From IMG/VR virus record IMGVR_UViG_3300028840_006907, positions 224,001 to 288,000 of that record: a DNA stretch of 64,000 nucleotides. One strand, written 5' to 3'. This document shows, piece by piece, positions 43,142-51,985 of this stretch (position 1 is its first letter; each line of letters begins with the position of its first letter). The translations under genes were made by a program, and so were the position numbers. The stretch is from a virus. The notes beneath the pieces are model-generated. The model was not told where the DNA came from and did no database searches. It was given only the letters and a program-made list of their open reading frames with translations.

Positions 43142-46100
43142 ACGAATAAGAGTTGTAACAGCGCAAGATAATGTACCGAAACGGGCAACTCGAAGAAAAG
43201 TAGTCAGCAGGGATACTAATCCTAAGGTGACAAATCTTACAGATAATGAAAAAAGAGCCAGACGGATTGCTACAACAACATCTATGGGATTCGGTCTTCG
43301 TTCTGCAAGTGATATTGTAAATAGCAGTGAAGCAAACTTTTACTCCCCCCAATTAAGTACTGATTTTCTTGAGAAGCCACAGAATCTACGTGAACGTAGA
43401 GCCTTTTATAGATTCTTTTATAATACGAATGAAATTATCGGACAATCTATTGATATTCATTCCACATTACCTCTTTCGAAATTGCGTCTCGTTCCTCCAA
43501 AAGGGAGAAATAAACATCAGAACAATTACGTTTTTAAGTTTTTCCAAAAGATGTGTGATGAAATGAAGCTCTTTAAAACACTTATTGAGATAACTCATGA
43601 ATACTTTCTTTTTGGTAATTGCTTGGCTAAGTATGCCGAGGTAAAGACTCCCTTTGGGTATAAGGAAGCGAAAGAGATAGAAGTAGGTGACTTCTTATTG
43701 ACAGATAAAGGGCGCTATAGGAAAGTCTTGAAGAAATGTGTAAGACCTTCTGAAAATGTTCTCAAAGTTAAATGTTGGAAAGATTTTAGGGAATTACCTG
43801 TTTCTGAAGAACATCCTATAGAAATATTAAAAGATGATGGCTTTGTTTTTGCCCAAGCTGAGGAATTGTCCTTAAACGACTATATCCGAGTTACTTGGCC
43901 TACTGAAATATCTGATAAAGAATATGTTCCTTTTGAATTTACAGATAAATATACAAAAGTGGAAAATGGCTATGAGTTAAAATTTGAAGTACTGCGTACC
44001 AGAAATCCTCATGCTTTCCGTGCTCGAAAAGAATTATTATCATGGCTAAGTTCTTTATCTAAACCAGTAATAAGGACAAGAAAACAGTTGTCCGAAGATT
44101 TTGATGTTCCTCTTTCCACATTGAATAATGTGATTTATAAACTTGGGAAAGAACTTGATGTAAAATTTCATGAAAGAATAGGTGCTTCAGGTTTTCAAAA
44201 AGGTTCTCAAGTAAAATGGTTTCCTATTGAGGACATAGAAGTCACGGATTCCTATAGTATTCATAAAACCCTATTTTTAGATGCTATTGATGGAATTGAT
44301 ATCAATAATGATTTTGCGTATCTTGCAGGATATTGGTTGGGAGATGGCACTTTGGCTCGTGATTCGCAAAGAGGGACATGGGGTCGTGGTTTGTGGCAAA
44401 TTTCAGTAGACCAGGAATTTGAAGGTTTAAATCGGATACGAAGTATTTTACATAATTTTTTTGGTTCTGGTAATGTGATAGAATGGAATTCGGGTAATCT
44501 ACTTTATTTAAAAGTTATCTCAAATCCTGCTTTTTTAGAATGGTGGGCTGAAAATTTTGGTGAAACTTCTTTCGGTAGAAATTATAAAAGAATTCCTGAA
44601 TGGTTTATAAAACTTCCTATGGAAAAACTTCAAAATTTTCTGGCAGGTTTGATAGATTCAGATGGTTGTATTAGTGTGAGTGGTGAAAATCAGAAATGTA
44701 TAACGAATATCTCAATGGCGTCTCGAAATATAATGGATTCTGTAAGAGACATAACTTTAAAATGTGGTGTTGTAGTGAATTACAACGAAGGAACTGAAAG
44801 AGAAGTTACTTTACCACAGGGAGACAAATGTTTCTCAAAAAAAATGTATACTGTAACAGCCTCAGATGAAGAATCCTGTAAAATTTTAACTCAATATGCC
44901 ACAAAAAGTATACCTGTAGATGCCCAATTCTCAGAAATGGGAAGATATTGGATAAGAACTGATTCAGGTTTAGCCTTCAAAATTAAGTCTATAAAAACAG
45001 AAGAATATAATGATTTAGTATACAATTTTGAAGTAGAAGAAGACCATACCTATCAAGTAGCTGGTTTTAGTACTCATAATTGCTTTATTTTTGCTGAAGA
45101 AGATGATTGGAAGGAAGGTATAACTACCGAAAACATAGGACAGAAAAAAGAAGAGGCCAAACAACGTTCCCAGCTCCTTAAAGATAAATTTGATATTAAG
45201 GATAAGAATCCTCTTTATAAAGGATGGAAAAAGCTTCTTATACTTCCTCCTGACCAGGTTAGGGTTCGTAAACTTCCTCTTACTGATGAGGTAGCAATTG
45301 AATATATGCCTGATCCGGAAACTCGAAAATTTCTGACTTCTGATATACCAATTGATCCTACAGATCCTACAAGAAGGTTAGACTATTCTATTTCTAATGA
45401 ATTGCGGGAAAAAGTACGTCAAAGTGGGGTTATACCTTTGGATACCGATCCTTATACAGGTTCACATGTTTTTCATCTGGCAAGAAAGAAATCACAATAT
45501 GAGCCTCTTGGTGTATCTATCGTTGAGCGTTGCATAAATACTCTTGTTTTAATGGATAAATTGAGACAGGCTCAGACATCGATTGCATCGCGTCACATGA
45601 CTCCTATGCGTGTTGTATGGGCTGAGGACTTAAATTCGGATGATGTCGATAATTTACGTGAGCAGGTTGATCTTGCTTTAGTAGATCCTGATTTCAGTAT
45701 TATTGCCAATTATGAAATTCACTGGGAAGAAATGGGATCGAATGGCCGTTTATTAGATGTAGAAGCGGAAATGGAAAGCTCATTAAATAGATTATTTGCC
45801 GGATTAGGTGTGACTCGGGAAATGTTAACTGGTGAAGGTACTTATACAGGGAGTAGAGTTTCATTAGAAATAATGAATACTATGTATCTTCTTTTCCGTG
45901 AAGTGCTCCAGGATTATATAGAAAATACATTGTTTAAGCCTATAGCTAAAAAGAAGGGTTTTATAGAATATGATGAATATGGTAATGAGACACTTCTTTA
46001 TCCGAAAATCAGTTTTACCCGATTGGCTATTAGAGATAATGAGCAATATTTTGACGCAGCCTTTCAGTTATATCAGAAGGGTTCAATTTCCATCGATCTT

Positions 46101-46484
46101 ATTTTGGATATTCTTAATATTGATCCTGATGCGACCAGGGAAAAGATTGAACAAGATCTGTTTACTGTTAATGATAGTCTTTTCAATGAAATGATGAGAA
46201 ACCTTTATACAAATGTGGCTGCCCCACTTGTAGAGGAAACTAATGTTACTGAGAAATTGGCTAAATATCTTCATTTAGAAAAGACTGAAAAACCTGAGGC
46301 CACAGAAGGTGAATCTCGATTTAGTTCTGTTAATGGAAAGGATTACAGGAAAAAGCTTTCAAAAGTCATGAAATACTTTATTGATAATCCTGAAAAATTA
46401 AATTCCATTTTTGCAAAGAATGGACAGTTAAAACCTAAACAAGCGAGAAATAATCAATGCGTTGTCGCTCAATCCCGGAATTAA
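43131..46484 (+). CDS. portal (head-tail connector) protein interrupted by an intein
   Basis: GGAGGA RBS; 1,117 aa, or 630 aa once residues 164-650 (the intein) are removed. Extein blocks resemble T7-gp8-type connectors from memory: LFKTLIEITHEYFLFGN|CFIFAEE versus LFEALKQLVVAGNVLLYLPE, and YEPLGVSIVERCINTLVLMDKLRQAQ versus GESYGRSYIEEYLGDLRSLENLQEA. It heads the capsid gene block. Confidence 0.75.
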   Translation: MANKRIRVVTAQDNVPKRATRRKVVSRDTNPKVTNLTDNEKRARRIATTTSMGFGLRSASDIVNSSEANFYSPQLSTDFLEKPQNLRERRAFYRFFYNTNEIIGQSIDIHSTLPLSKLRLVPPKGRNKHQNNYVFKFFQKMCDEMKLFKTLIEITHEYFLFGNCLAKYAEVKTPFGYKEAKEIEVGDFLLTDKGRYRKVLKKCVRPSENVLKVKCWKDFRELPVSEEHPIEILKDDGFVFAQAEELSLNDYIRVTWPTEISDKEYVPFEFTDKYTKVENGYELKFEVLRTRNPHAFRARKELLSWLSSLSKPVIRTRKQLSEDFDVPLSTLNNVIYKLGKELDVKFHERIGASGFQKGSQVKWFPIEDIEVTDSYSIHKTLFLDAIDGIDINNDFAYLAGYWLGDGTLARDSQRGTWGRGLWQISVDQEFEGLNRIRSILHNFFGSGNVIEWNSGNLLYLKVISNPAFLEWWAENFGETSFGRNYKRIPEWFIKLPMEKLQNFLAGLIDSDGCISVSGENQKCITNISMASRNIMDSVRDITLKCGVVVNYNEGTEREVTLPQGDKCFSKKMYTVTASDEESCKILTQYATKSIPVDAQFSEMGRYWIRTDSGLAFKIKSIKTEEYNDLVYNFEVEEDHTYQVAGFSTHNCFIFAEEDDWKEGITTENIGQKKEEAKQRSQLLKDKFDIKDKNPLYKGWKKLLILPPDQVRVRKLPLTDEVAIEYMPDPETRKFLTSDIPIDPTDPTRRLDYSISNELREKVRQSGVIPLDTDPYTGSHVFHLARKKSQYEPLGVSIVERCINTLVLMDKLRQAQTSIASRHMTPMRVVWAEDLNSDDVDNLREQVDLALVDPDFSIIANYEIHWEEMGSNGRLLDVEAEMESSLNRLFAGLGVTREMLTGEGTYTGSRVSLEIMNTMYLLFREVLQDYIENTLFKPIAKKKGFIEYDEYGNETLLYPKISFTRLAIRDNEQYFDAAFQLYQKGSISIDLILDILNIDPDATREKIEQDLFTVNDSLFNEMMRNLYTNVAAPLVEETNVTEKLAKYLHLEKTEKPEATEGESRFSSVNGKDYRKKLSKVMKYFIDNPEKLNSIFAKNGQLKPKQARNNQCVVAQSRN
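43620..45080 (+). mobile_element. intein with LAGLIDADG homing-endonuclease domain (487 aa) in the portal gene
   Basis: Begins with Cys (CLAKYAEVKT...VGDFLL). Block B is SEEHPIEI. Two LAGLIDADG motifs: LAGYWLGDGTLA and LAGLIDSDGCIS. Ends VYNFEVEEDHTYQVAGFSTHN, followed by the +1 Cys (CFIF). In frame, 1,461 nt. Confidence 0.9.
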
Positions 46485-46816
46485 TCCGTTTAATTGCTAA
46501 AGAGATGGATAATGAGGGTGAGGTTGTTAAGAAGTTTAAGGCCAAACCAAAAAATAAACCTCCTCGTCGAAAGCCTTCTATTCAGAATGAAAGTAGTAAA
46601 TCTGATTATATGAAGAATTATATGGAAGAGTATCGGGGAGATGGTAAGGATTATCAAAAGAAGCCTGAATTGATAAAAGAACTTCGAAAGAAGCAAAGAG
46701 AACGTTTAAAGGGTAAAAAATTGCTAAAAGCTTCTGGTAATGTTGGCATAGGATCTAATACTCCTGTACGTGAATTATATATAACAGAGTCTTCTGATAT
46801 TCTATTTATAGATTAA
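46457..46816 (+). CDS. basic small protein carrying one fibre-type GNVGIGSNTPVRELYI motif
   Basis: 119-aa ORF overlapping the portal 3' end by 28 nt; the start is uncertain (an alternative ATG lies 16 codons in). The C-terminal GNVGIGSNTPVRELYI matches the repeat of the 3040-10053 fibre. Confidence 0.55.
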   Translation: MRCRSIPELIRLIAKEMDNEGEVVKKFKAKPKNKPPRRKPSIQNESSKSDYMKNYMEEYRGDGKDYQKKPELIKELRKKQRERLKGKKLLKASGNVGIGSNTPVRELYITESSDILFID

Positions 46817-46829
46817 TAATCTTTTGATA
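46813..46829 (+). promoter_or_regulatory. conserved intergenic motif, family 3
   Basis: TTAATAATCTTTTGATA overlapping the stop codon at 46814-46816. Confidence 0.45.
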
Positions 46830-46870
46830 TTTATTTGATTCTTCCAAGTTTAGAGAGAAGGAATAAAGGT

Positions 46871-47257
46871 ATGTCGAAGAAAAAAGGTTTAGGACAACAT
46901 GTTGAGAAATCTCTTACTGTGATGGATGATCTAGCAAAGGGTTTAAAAGATTTTGCTCATATGCCTTTGAAAAAAGGTTTAGTTTCAAACGATACCTATG
47001 ACGATGATATAGGGAAATTAATTAATAGTGCTAAGGAAGAGGCTTTTGCCCTTATTAATAAAATCGATGATTTAAAGCATAAAGTAAAGGGTATGAAGAA
47101 AAAGCACAATAGCCGTTTTGCTAGAAATGTTGTAGCTCGTTTTCTTGAGTCTAAGACTGAGATGGAAGAGTGGGTAAAAACGGTTAAAGAAGAAAAAGTT
47201 AGTGAAGATCCTGAAAAATGGGTAAAAACAGTCAAAGAGAAAAAGGTTCAGAAATAA
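46871..47257 (+). CDS. hypothetical protein
   Basis: Start moved to the ATG at 46871 (GAAGGAATAAAGGT upstream); the track's 46835 start is a TTG. Sequence MSKKKGLGQH..., with a duplicated C-terminal WVKTVKE(E/K)KV. Confidence 0.6.
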   Translation: MSKKKGLGQHVEKSLTVMDDLAKGLKDFAHMPLKKGLVSNDTYDDDIGKLINSAKEEAFALINKIDDLKHKVKGMKKKHNSRFARNVVARFLESKTEMEEWVKTVKEEKVSEDPEKWVKTVKEKKVQK

Positions 47258-47259
47258 GA

Positions 47260-47276
47260 TTAATAATCTTCTAATA
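47260..47276 (+). promoter_or_regulatory. conserved intergenic motif, family 3 (variant)
   Basis: TTAATAATCTTCTAATA, 3 nt after the stop at 47257. Confidence 0.4.
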
Positions 47277-47317
47277 ATGCTTTAAAAGGCAACAATAATA
47301 AATAAAGGTATTTAGCG

Positions 47318-47887
47318 ATGAATATTATTTTATTAGTCCCCAAAGTGGTACAAAATTATATAGGTCAATTTCCAGAAGTTAGACATAATGCATATAATTA
47401 TTTCAATTATGATAACAGAATCATAGATGAAAGAGTTAATCGTCATGATCAAAAGCCCCCTTATAAAGGGCCAGATGATTTTTCTAATCCGGATTATGAC
47501 GCTTTGATTACATATGCTAAAACTATAATAAATCCTATTCTAGCTAAATATAGTATGAAAGTGGCTCATGAGGATGCTCTTCATACAGCAATTCGTGATT
47601 TCAATAACGGTTTATTCGATGGTAAAGTTAATGCCTCTAAATTTGAAGTATTGTTGAAAGGGATGGCTTTACCTGCAGTGCCAATGCAACCTCCTTGTCC
47701 GTGTGGGGTTATGGCCAAGAAAGAAGATAAAAAAGAAAAACCTACTGAAATTAAACCTCATGTTTTAAAACAGTTAGGTTTAAGTCCTAAAGATATTCCA
47801 ATGAGACAAGTTGTTAAAAAAGTGGTGCAAAGAGGTAAGGCACCCCTTGTTGTTCGTGAAAAAGGTAAGCATATAATTAAGAAATAA
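47318..47887 (+). CDS. hypothetical protein
   Basis: 189-aa ORF in the head module. No motif recognised. Confidence 0.6.
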   Translation: MNIILLVPKVVQNYIGQFPEVRHNAYNYFNYDNRIIDERVNRHDQKPPYKGPDDFSNPDYDALITYAKTIINPILAKYSMKVAHEDALHTAIRDFNNGLFDGKVNASKFEVLLKGMALPAVPMQPPCPCGVMAKKEDKKEKPTEIKPHVLKQLGLSPKDIPMRQVVKKVVQRGKAPLVVREKGKHIIKK

Positions 47888-47917
47888 ATTTACAAAAAAA
47901 TACTAAGGAGGATTGTA

Positions 47918-48250
47918 ATGGCTCTTAAGAATGCGAAAGAATATACTGAAAGATTAGACAAAATCGCTGATAAAATTGAAAAGATTTCTCCAGAACTTGC
48001 TCTCTGCATAGATAAAATCTCAGATGTTATTGAGGGCAAAAAAGATGCTTCTACTCTTAAGTTTGATCCAGATGAAGCAAAATACATGGCTAATCGTTTT
48101 AACTTTGATGTACGTCAACGTGAAGCTGATGAACCTTACATGGATAATTTCAACAAGAGTGATTTCGAACAAGTAATGGATGAAAAGAAAAATCCAGAGC
48201 CAATCCGTACTGCAAGCGTTCCTTATCAAAAAGTACAAGAAGAAAAATAA
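47918..48250 (+). CDS. hypothetical protein
   Basis: 110-aa ORF with AAGGAGG RBS. Confidence 0.65.
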   Translation: MALKNAKEYTERLDKIADKIEKISPELALCIDKISDVIEGKKDASTLKFDPDEAKYMANRFNFDVRQREADEPYMDNFNKSDFEQVMDEKKNPEPIRTASVPYQKVQEEK

Positions 48251-48283
48251 TTTTTGTTCTCTTTTGATTTAAGGAGGTAATTA

Positions 48284-48820
48284 ATGCCTGCATTATATCC
48301 ATCAGCGGTGGCACCTGAGGCTTTTAAACCAGGTGAATGCGTTAGAAGGTTTGTAACGGAATGGAATGTTACTCCCTATTTGGGTGTTGTGTCACATATT
48401 GTTCCGGCAACTAGTAAAGTATGGGTTCAATGGCCTTTTGGGTCTCAACCTGAAGATCCTGAATTTCTTGTTAAAGTAAATCCTGATGTTGCAGGAATGC
48501 CTACAGCTTTTATTGATCGAGGTTATAACTCTTATGAGAAGACTTTGTCGGAAAAGGCTTATGGAGCTATTCCTAAAAGAATAATACCTAGTCGTGACTG
48601 TGTTAAACCTATAGTTGTTACTGCTCGGGATAAAATGGCCATACGTATTGCTCATACATTTGCTACTCGGACGATAGGGAGTCTTGTTGATGACATTGAA
48701 GGTTGTTTAAAAGATGGTATGACAGATGTACAGACCTATAATAAAATCTTTAATAAATATGGGACTATATGTTCTGATTATATCATAAAATCTTCAATTA
48801 AAAAGATTTATCAATCGTAA
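48284..48820 (+). CDS. hypothetical protein
   Basis: 178-aa ORF with AAGGAGG RBS. Confidence 0.65.
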   Translation: MPALYPSAVAPEAFKPGECVRRFVTEWNVTPYLGVVSHIVPATSKVWVQWPFGSQPEDPEFLVKVNPDVAGMPTAFIDRGYNSYEKTLSEKAYGAIPKRIIPSRDCVKPIVVTARDKMAIRIAHTFATRTIGSLVDDIEGCLKDGMTDVQTYNKIFNKYGTICSDYIIKSSIKKIYQS

Positions 48821-48830
48821 GGAGATATCA

Positions 48831-49127
48831 ATGATACATAAATGGACTACTAAGTTCGGGCCAGTAGTTTTAATTACTCCCGAATCAGAAGGTAGAAGGA
48901 GACCTACAGTAGGAATTTTTTCAAAAGGTTATGAGGGTTACGCTGTAGGTAATAAAGCAAATGTGCTTAAGACTCTTATAGAGACTAAAGCTCATTTTAC
49001 TCAGGAGAAAGATGAAAAACCCGATGTTTCAGATAAAGTAAAAAGCCCTATTAAAAAGTTTTCATTTGCAAATGTGATTCGTGTTTATGCGAAAAAATTA
49101 GAGGAGAAGAATAATGTTTCTTCATAA
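48831..49127 (+). CDS. hypothetical protein
   Basis: 98-aa ORF with AAGGAG RBS. Confidence 0.6.
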   Translation: MIHKWTTKFGPVVLITPESEGRRRPTVGIFSKGYEGYAVGNKANVLKTLIETKAHFTQEKDEKPDVSDKVKSPIKKFSFANVIRVYAKKLEEKNNVSS

Positions 49128-49416
49128 ATATAAGGATGAATCAGGGACTTTTTATGGTTTGACGGGTTCGAGTAATTCTAATAATGTGAAGCTATTAGCA
49201 GATTCTGTAGGAAAGAATGTTATCCCGGCTGACCGGGTTAAGAATGCTCTTGCCCTTATAGAAGCTGCCTTTAGGGAGAAGCCTGAGGAAAAGAAACCAG
49301 AACCTGAGAAAAAGAAACCCGAGAAAGAAGAGAAGTCTGAAAAAAAGGAAAAAACAGCTATTTCGGATGTAATCCGTAAATACGGGCTGACGCTAAATTC
49401 ACTAGATAAGGAATAA
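49114..49416 (+). CDS. hypothetical protein
   Basis: 100-aa ORF with GAGGAG RBS, overlapping the upstream gene by 14 nt. Contains a KPE/KEK-rich segment. Confidence 0.6.
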   Translation: MFLHKYKDESGTFYGLTGSSNSNNVKLLADSVGKNVIPADRVKNALALIEAAFREKPEEKKPEPEKKKPEKEEKSEKKEKTAISDVIRKYGLTLNSLDKE

Positions 49417-49420
49417 TTAT

Positions 49421-50989
49421 ATGGCAATGCTAAAATACGGCTCGGCTGTTATAATCGATTCTGAAGTAAGCACTGATCAGTGGTCTAAGAGTGTTTGTTG
49501 CGGTAATAAAGGTAAACATTCTTGTGGTGAAGGTAAATGCCGGGTCAAGATTGCTAAAAATGTATTTGCTAAATATACTCCTGAGAAATACTTATTGAGC
49601 CATTGTACGATTATAGCTGCAGTTGATACTGAATTAGCTAATCCTTCTGATCCTAAAAGTGATTATTATATCCATCCTAATTTTTCCAAATATGTAAATA
49701 ATAATGGTGATGCATGGTCAAAGCAGATGCTTGCTTCATGTTACCGTTCTTTTATAGGTTCCCATAATTACTTGGAACATGTACAAATACCCGAACTCAG
49801 TAAGGGGAGGGTAATTGATGCTATTCTGAGAGAAGTCCCTATAGGACGAGATAAACAGGGTAAAGAGTTAACAACCTATTATGTTGATATTCTTGTTGCT
49901 ACTGAGAGAAAGCATAAACAGTTAATAGCTGATATTCAATCAAAGAAGCTTAATTCTCTTAGTATGGGATGTAAAATAGCTTATAGCATATGTACTAAAT
50001 GTGGTAAAAAGGCAGTAGATGAAACAGAGGCTTGTCAGCATATTCGTTTTGAAAAGAACAATATGTTTTATGATAATAATGGTGTTCAACGTAAGGTAGC
50101 TGAATTGTGTGGCCATTATTCTGAGCCTGAGAGTGTTACTTTCATCGATGCTTCATGGGTAAAAAATCCTGCATTTACTGGTGCTGTAATTCGAAATATC
50201 GTTAATCCACCAGAAAACATCTTGGCTAAAATTGAGGAAGCTAGTAAAAAAGAAAGTTATCTGATTCAAGAAGATGATTTTCTTAAGGCTGCTCATAAAA
50301 TAGCCCAGGATCCTCCAGCAGAAGAAGAACCTCCTGCAGAGGAAGAGACTGCTCCTGATACTGAGGCACCAGAAGCTCCTCCTGAAGAAGCTACTCCAGC
50401 CGATGAAGGTGGTGCTGTTGAAGAGCCTCCTGCCGAGTTACCTGAGGTAGATCAGAATAATGTCAAGACTTGGAAAAATGAGGTAAAGAAAAAGGTCCTT
50501 CAAGAATTGGGTGATGAATTAGTTGAAGAGATGACAAAAGAAGATGATATGGGACCTCGTGAATTAGAAACTTTGGATGATAGTTTAATTCAACCAACCG
50601 CATCTCAAGCATTAAAGCGTATGTGGGTATTAAAGGAAGGTTGGAATAAATTCCTGAAGGAAACGACAAATGGTTTAAGTAAAGATAATCATGATCGGTT
50701 AAAATTCGGTGCTTTCATAATGTTGAATAGCAATGATCCTAAAGTTTTATCTCATTATGGTTATAACCGTAGGGATTTTTTAGCAGTGATGTCTTACATA
50801 GATCAATTTTTTAAGAATCGTTTACCAGTAAGAGTGAAGAAAGCAGTAGCTAAGCTCAATGGTACGAAGGATTTATCATTAAAAGATACTGTACATTCTT
50901 TACAAAAGCTTTCGGGAAAAAGGCTTGCTGAAAAAGAAATTAAGAAGTCTTTAGTGTGGTTAAAATTAATGGATTTGTACAAAGAATAA
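49421..50989 (+). CDS. head-module protein, possible prohead protease fused to an acidic linker and C-terminal domain
   Basis: 522 aa with AAGGA RBS. The N-terminal ~250 aa has SHNYLEH and KKLNSLSMGC blocks, reminiscent of HK97-type prohead protease His and Ser blocks (weak, from memory). It also has a CxxC...C..H cluster (CTKCGKKAVDETEACQH), then a PAEEEPPAEEETAPDTEAPEAPPEE linker. Confidence 0.4.
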   Translation: MAMLKYGSAVIIDSEVSTDQWSKSVCCGNKGKHSCGEGKCRVKIAKNVFAKYTPEKYLLSHCTIIAAVDTELANPSDPKSDYYIHPNFSKYVNNNGDAWSKQMLASCYRSFIGSHNYLEHVQIPELSKGRVIDAILREVPIGRDKQGKELTTYYVDILVATERKHKQLIADIQSKKLNSLSMGCKIAYSICTKCGKKAVDETEACQHIRFEKNNMFYDNNGVQRKVAELCGHYSEPESVTFIDASWVKNPAFTGAVIRNIVNPPENILAKIEEASKKESYLIQEDDFLKAAHKIAQDPPAEEEPPAEEETAPDTEAPEAPPEEATPADEGGAVEEPPAELPEVDQNNVKTWKNEVKKKVLQELGDELVEEMTKEDDMGPRELETLDDSLIQPTASQALKRMWVLKEGWNKFLKETTNGLSKDNHDRLKFGAFIMLNSNDPKVLSHYGYNRRDFLAVMSYIDQFFKNRLPVRVKKAVAKLNGTKDLSLKDTVHSLQKLSGKRLAEKEIKKSLVWLKLMDLYKE

Positions 50990-51022
50990 GTGAAAAAAAG
51001 TTAAGTACAATAGTTTCAATTA

Positions 51023-51039
51023 TTAATAATCTTTTAATA
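51023..51039 (+). promoter_or_regulatory. conserved intergenic motif, family 3 (variant)
   Basis: TTAATAATCTTTTAATA followed by TTGGTATGAT (a TGnTATGAT-like extended -10). Lies 63 nt upstream of the scaffold gene start. Confidence 0.45.
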
Positions 51040-51101
51040 TTGGTATGATGGACAACAAAAAAGATTAAAAATAAAAGATAAATATTCATAGGAGGTTAAA
51101 C

Positions 51102-51935
51102 ATGGCGAGAGAAAGATTGAGCTGGGATAAGAAGAAGGAAGCCGAACAAAAGAAACAGGCTGATCCTTACACAATGAATCAAGATCATACTAATCCACCA
51201 GCTTCGAAATACGATATTGGTGGTCCTTCTGAATTTGCAGAAGATCCAGATATGAAAACTCCATGGAAAAATGAGGGTCGTGTTGAGACTGGTCATCCTG
51301 CTCCAGCTCGTGAAGCAGTTAAAGCTGCTCGTCAGTTGGAAGACAAAGCTCTCAAATGCATTACCATTGCTCAGAGAATACTTCCAGGAGCCTCTGATAA
51401 CATTATCGAAGATCAAGCGACTGATTTTATGCATTTACCTGACAAATGCATCCTCGCTACTCTTCAACGTCAAGCTGAATTAGCAGAAAAGCTTGCTAAA
51501 GATGATGAGAAGGACGAGGAAAAAATGGAAGAAGAAAAGGAAGCTAAAGAAGAAAAAGTAGTTGAAGAAAAGCCTGCTGAAAAAGAAGCAGCTAAAGAAA
51601 AAGAAGAACCGGAAGAAGAGGAAGAAAAGGAAGCTAAAGAAGAAAAAGTAGCTGAAGAAAAGCCTGCTGAAAAAGAAGCAGCTAAAGAAAAAGAAGAGCC
51701 GGAAGAAGAAGAGGAAGAAAAGGAAGCTAAAGAAGAGCCAAAAAAAGAAGCTACCGCAGAAATGGATATTGAATTAGGTGGTGATAATAGTGTGGATCTT
51801 CTCGATTCAGTATTTGCTGCTGAAGAAAAACAAGGTGCAAAAAAACTTAGTGGGATAGTGAAACAGGCTTCATCAGAAGGTGAATTGGGTAGTCTCTGGA
51901 CTTCTCCACCTGATGTGTCTGAAGCTTTCAAATAA
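51102..51935 (+). CDS. acidic scaffolding-type protein
   Basis: 277 aa with AGGAGG RBS. Extremely E/K-rich centre with a tandem repeat. Sits two genes upstream of the capsid gene, after the portal. Confidence 0.6.
   Translation: MARERLSWDKKKEAEQKKQADPYTMNQDHTNPPASKYDIGGPSEFAEDPDMKTPWKNEGRVETGHPAPAREAVKAARQLEDKALKCITIAQRILPGASDNIIEDQATDFMHLPDKCILATLQRQAELAEKLAKDDEKDEEKMEEEKEAKEEKVVEEKPAEKEAAKEKEEPEEEEEKEAKEEKVAEEKPAEKEAAKEKEEPEEEEEEKEAKEEPKKEATAEMDIELGGDNSVDLLDSVFAAEEKQGAKKLSGIVKQASSEGELGSLWTSPPDVSEAFK
51537..51719 (+). repeat. 90/93-bp tandem repeat in the scaffold gene
   Basis: aaggaagctaaagaagaaaaagta[gt/gc]tgaagaaaagcctgctgaaaaagaagcagctaaagaaaaagaaga... occurs twice (starts at 51537 and 51627), and a third partial copy starts near 51720. 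Encodes KEAKEEKV(V/A)EEKPAEKEAAKEKEEPEEEEE. Confidence 0.85.
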
Positions 51936-51985
51936 AGAAGATATTCGCAATTAACAGAATTTACTAACTTAGGAGGTTAAGATTT

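Noticed and set aside
1144-46484. Terminase and portal genes separated by about 40 kb, considered as evidence of a chimeric or misassembled genome.
   Set aside because: The order portal-scaffold-capsid...terminase-fibres is consistent with a T7-like arrangement read across a circularly permuted or arbitrarily opened genome. Nothing at the junctions suggests misassembly.
51470-51931. 153-aa minus-strand Ser-rich ORF, plus 51096-51434 and 51271-51483.
   Set aside because: They are antisense or alternative-frame shadows of the GAA/AAG-rich scaffold gene.
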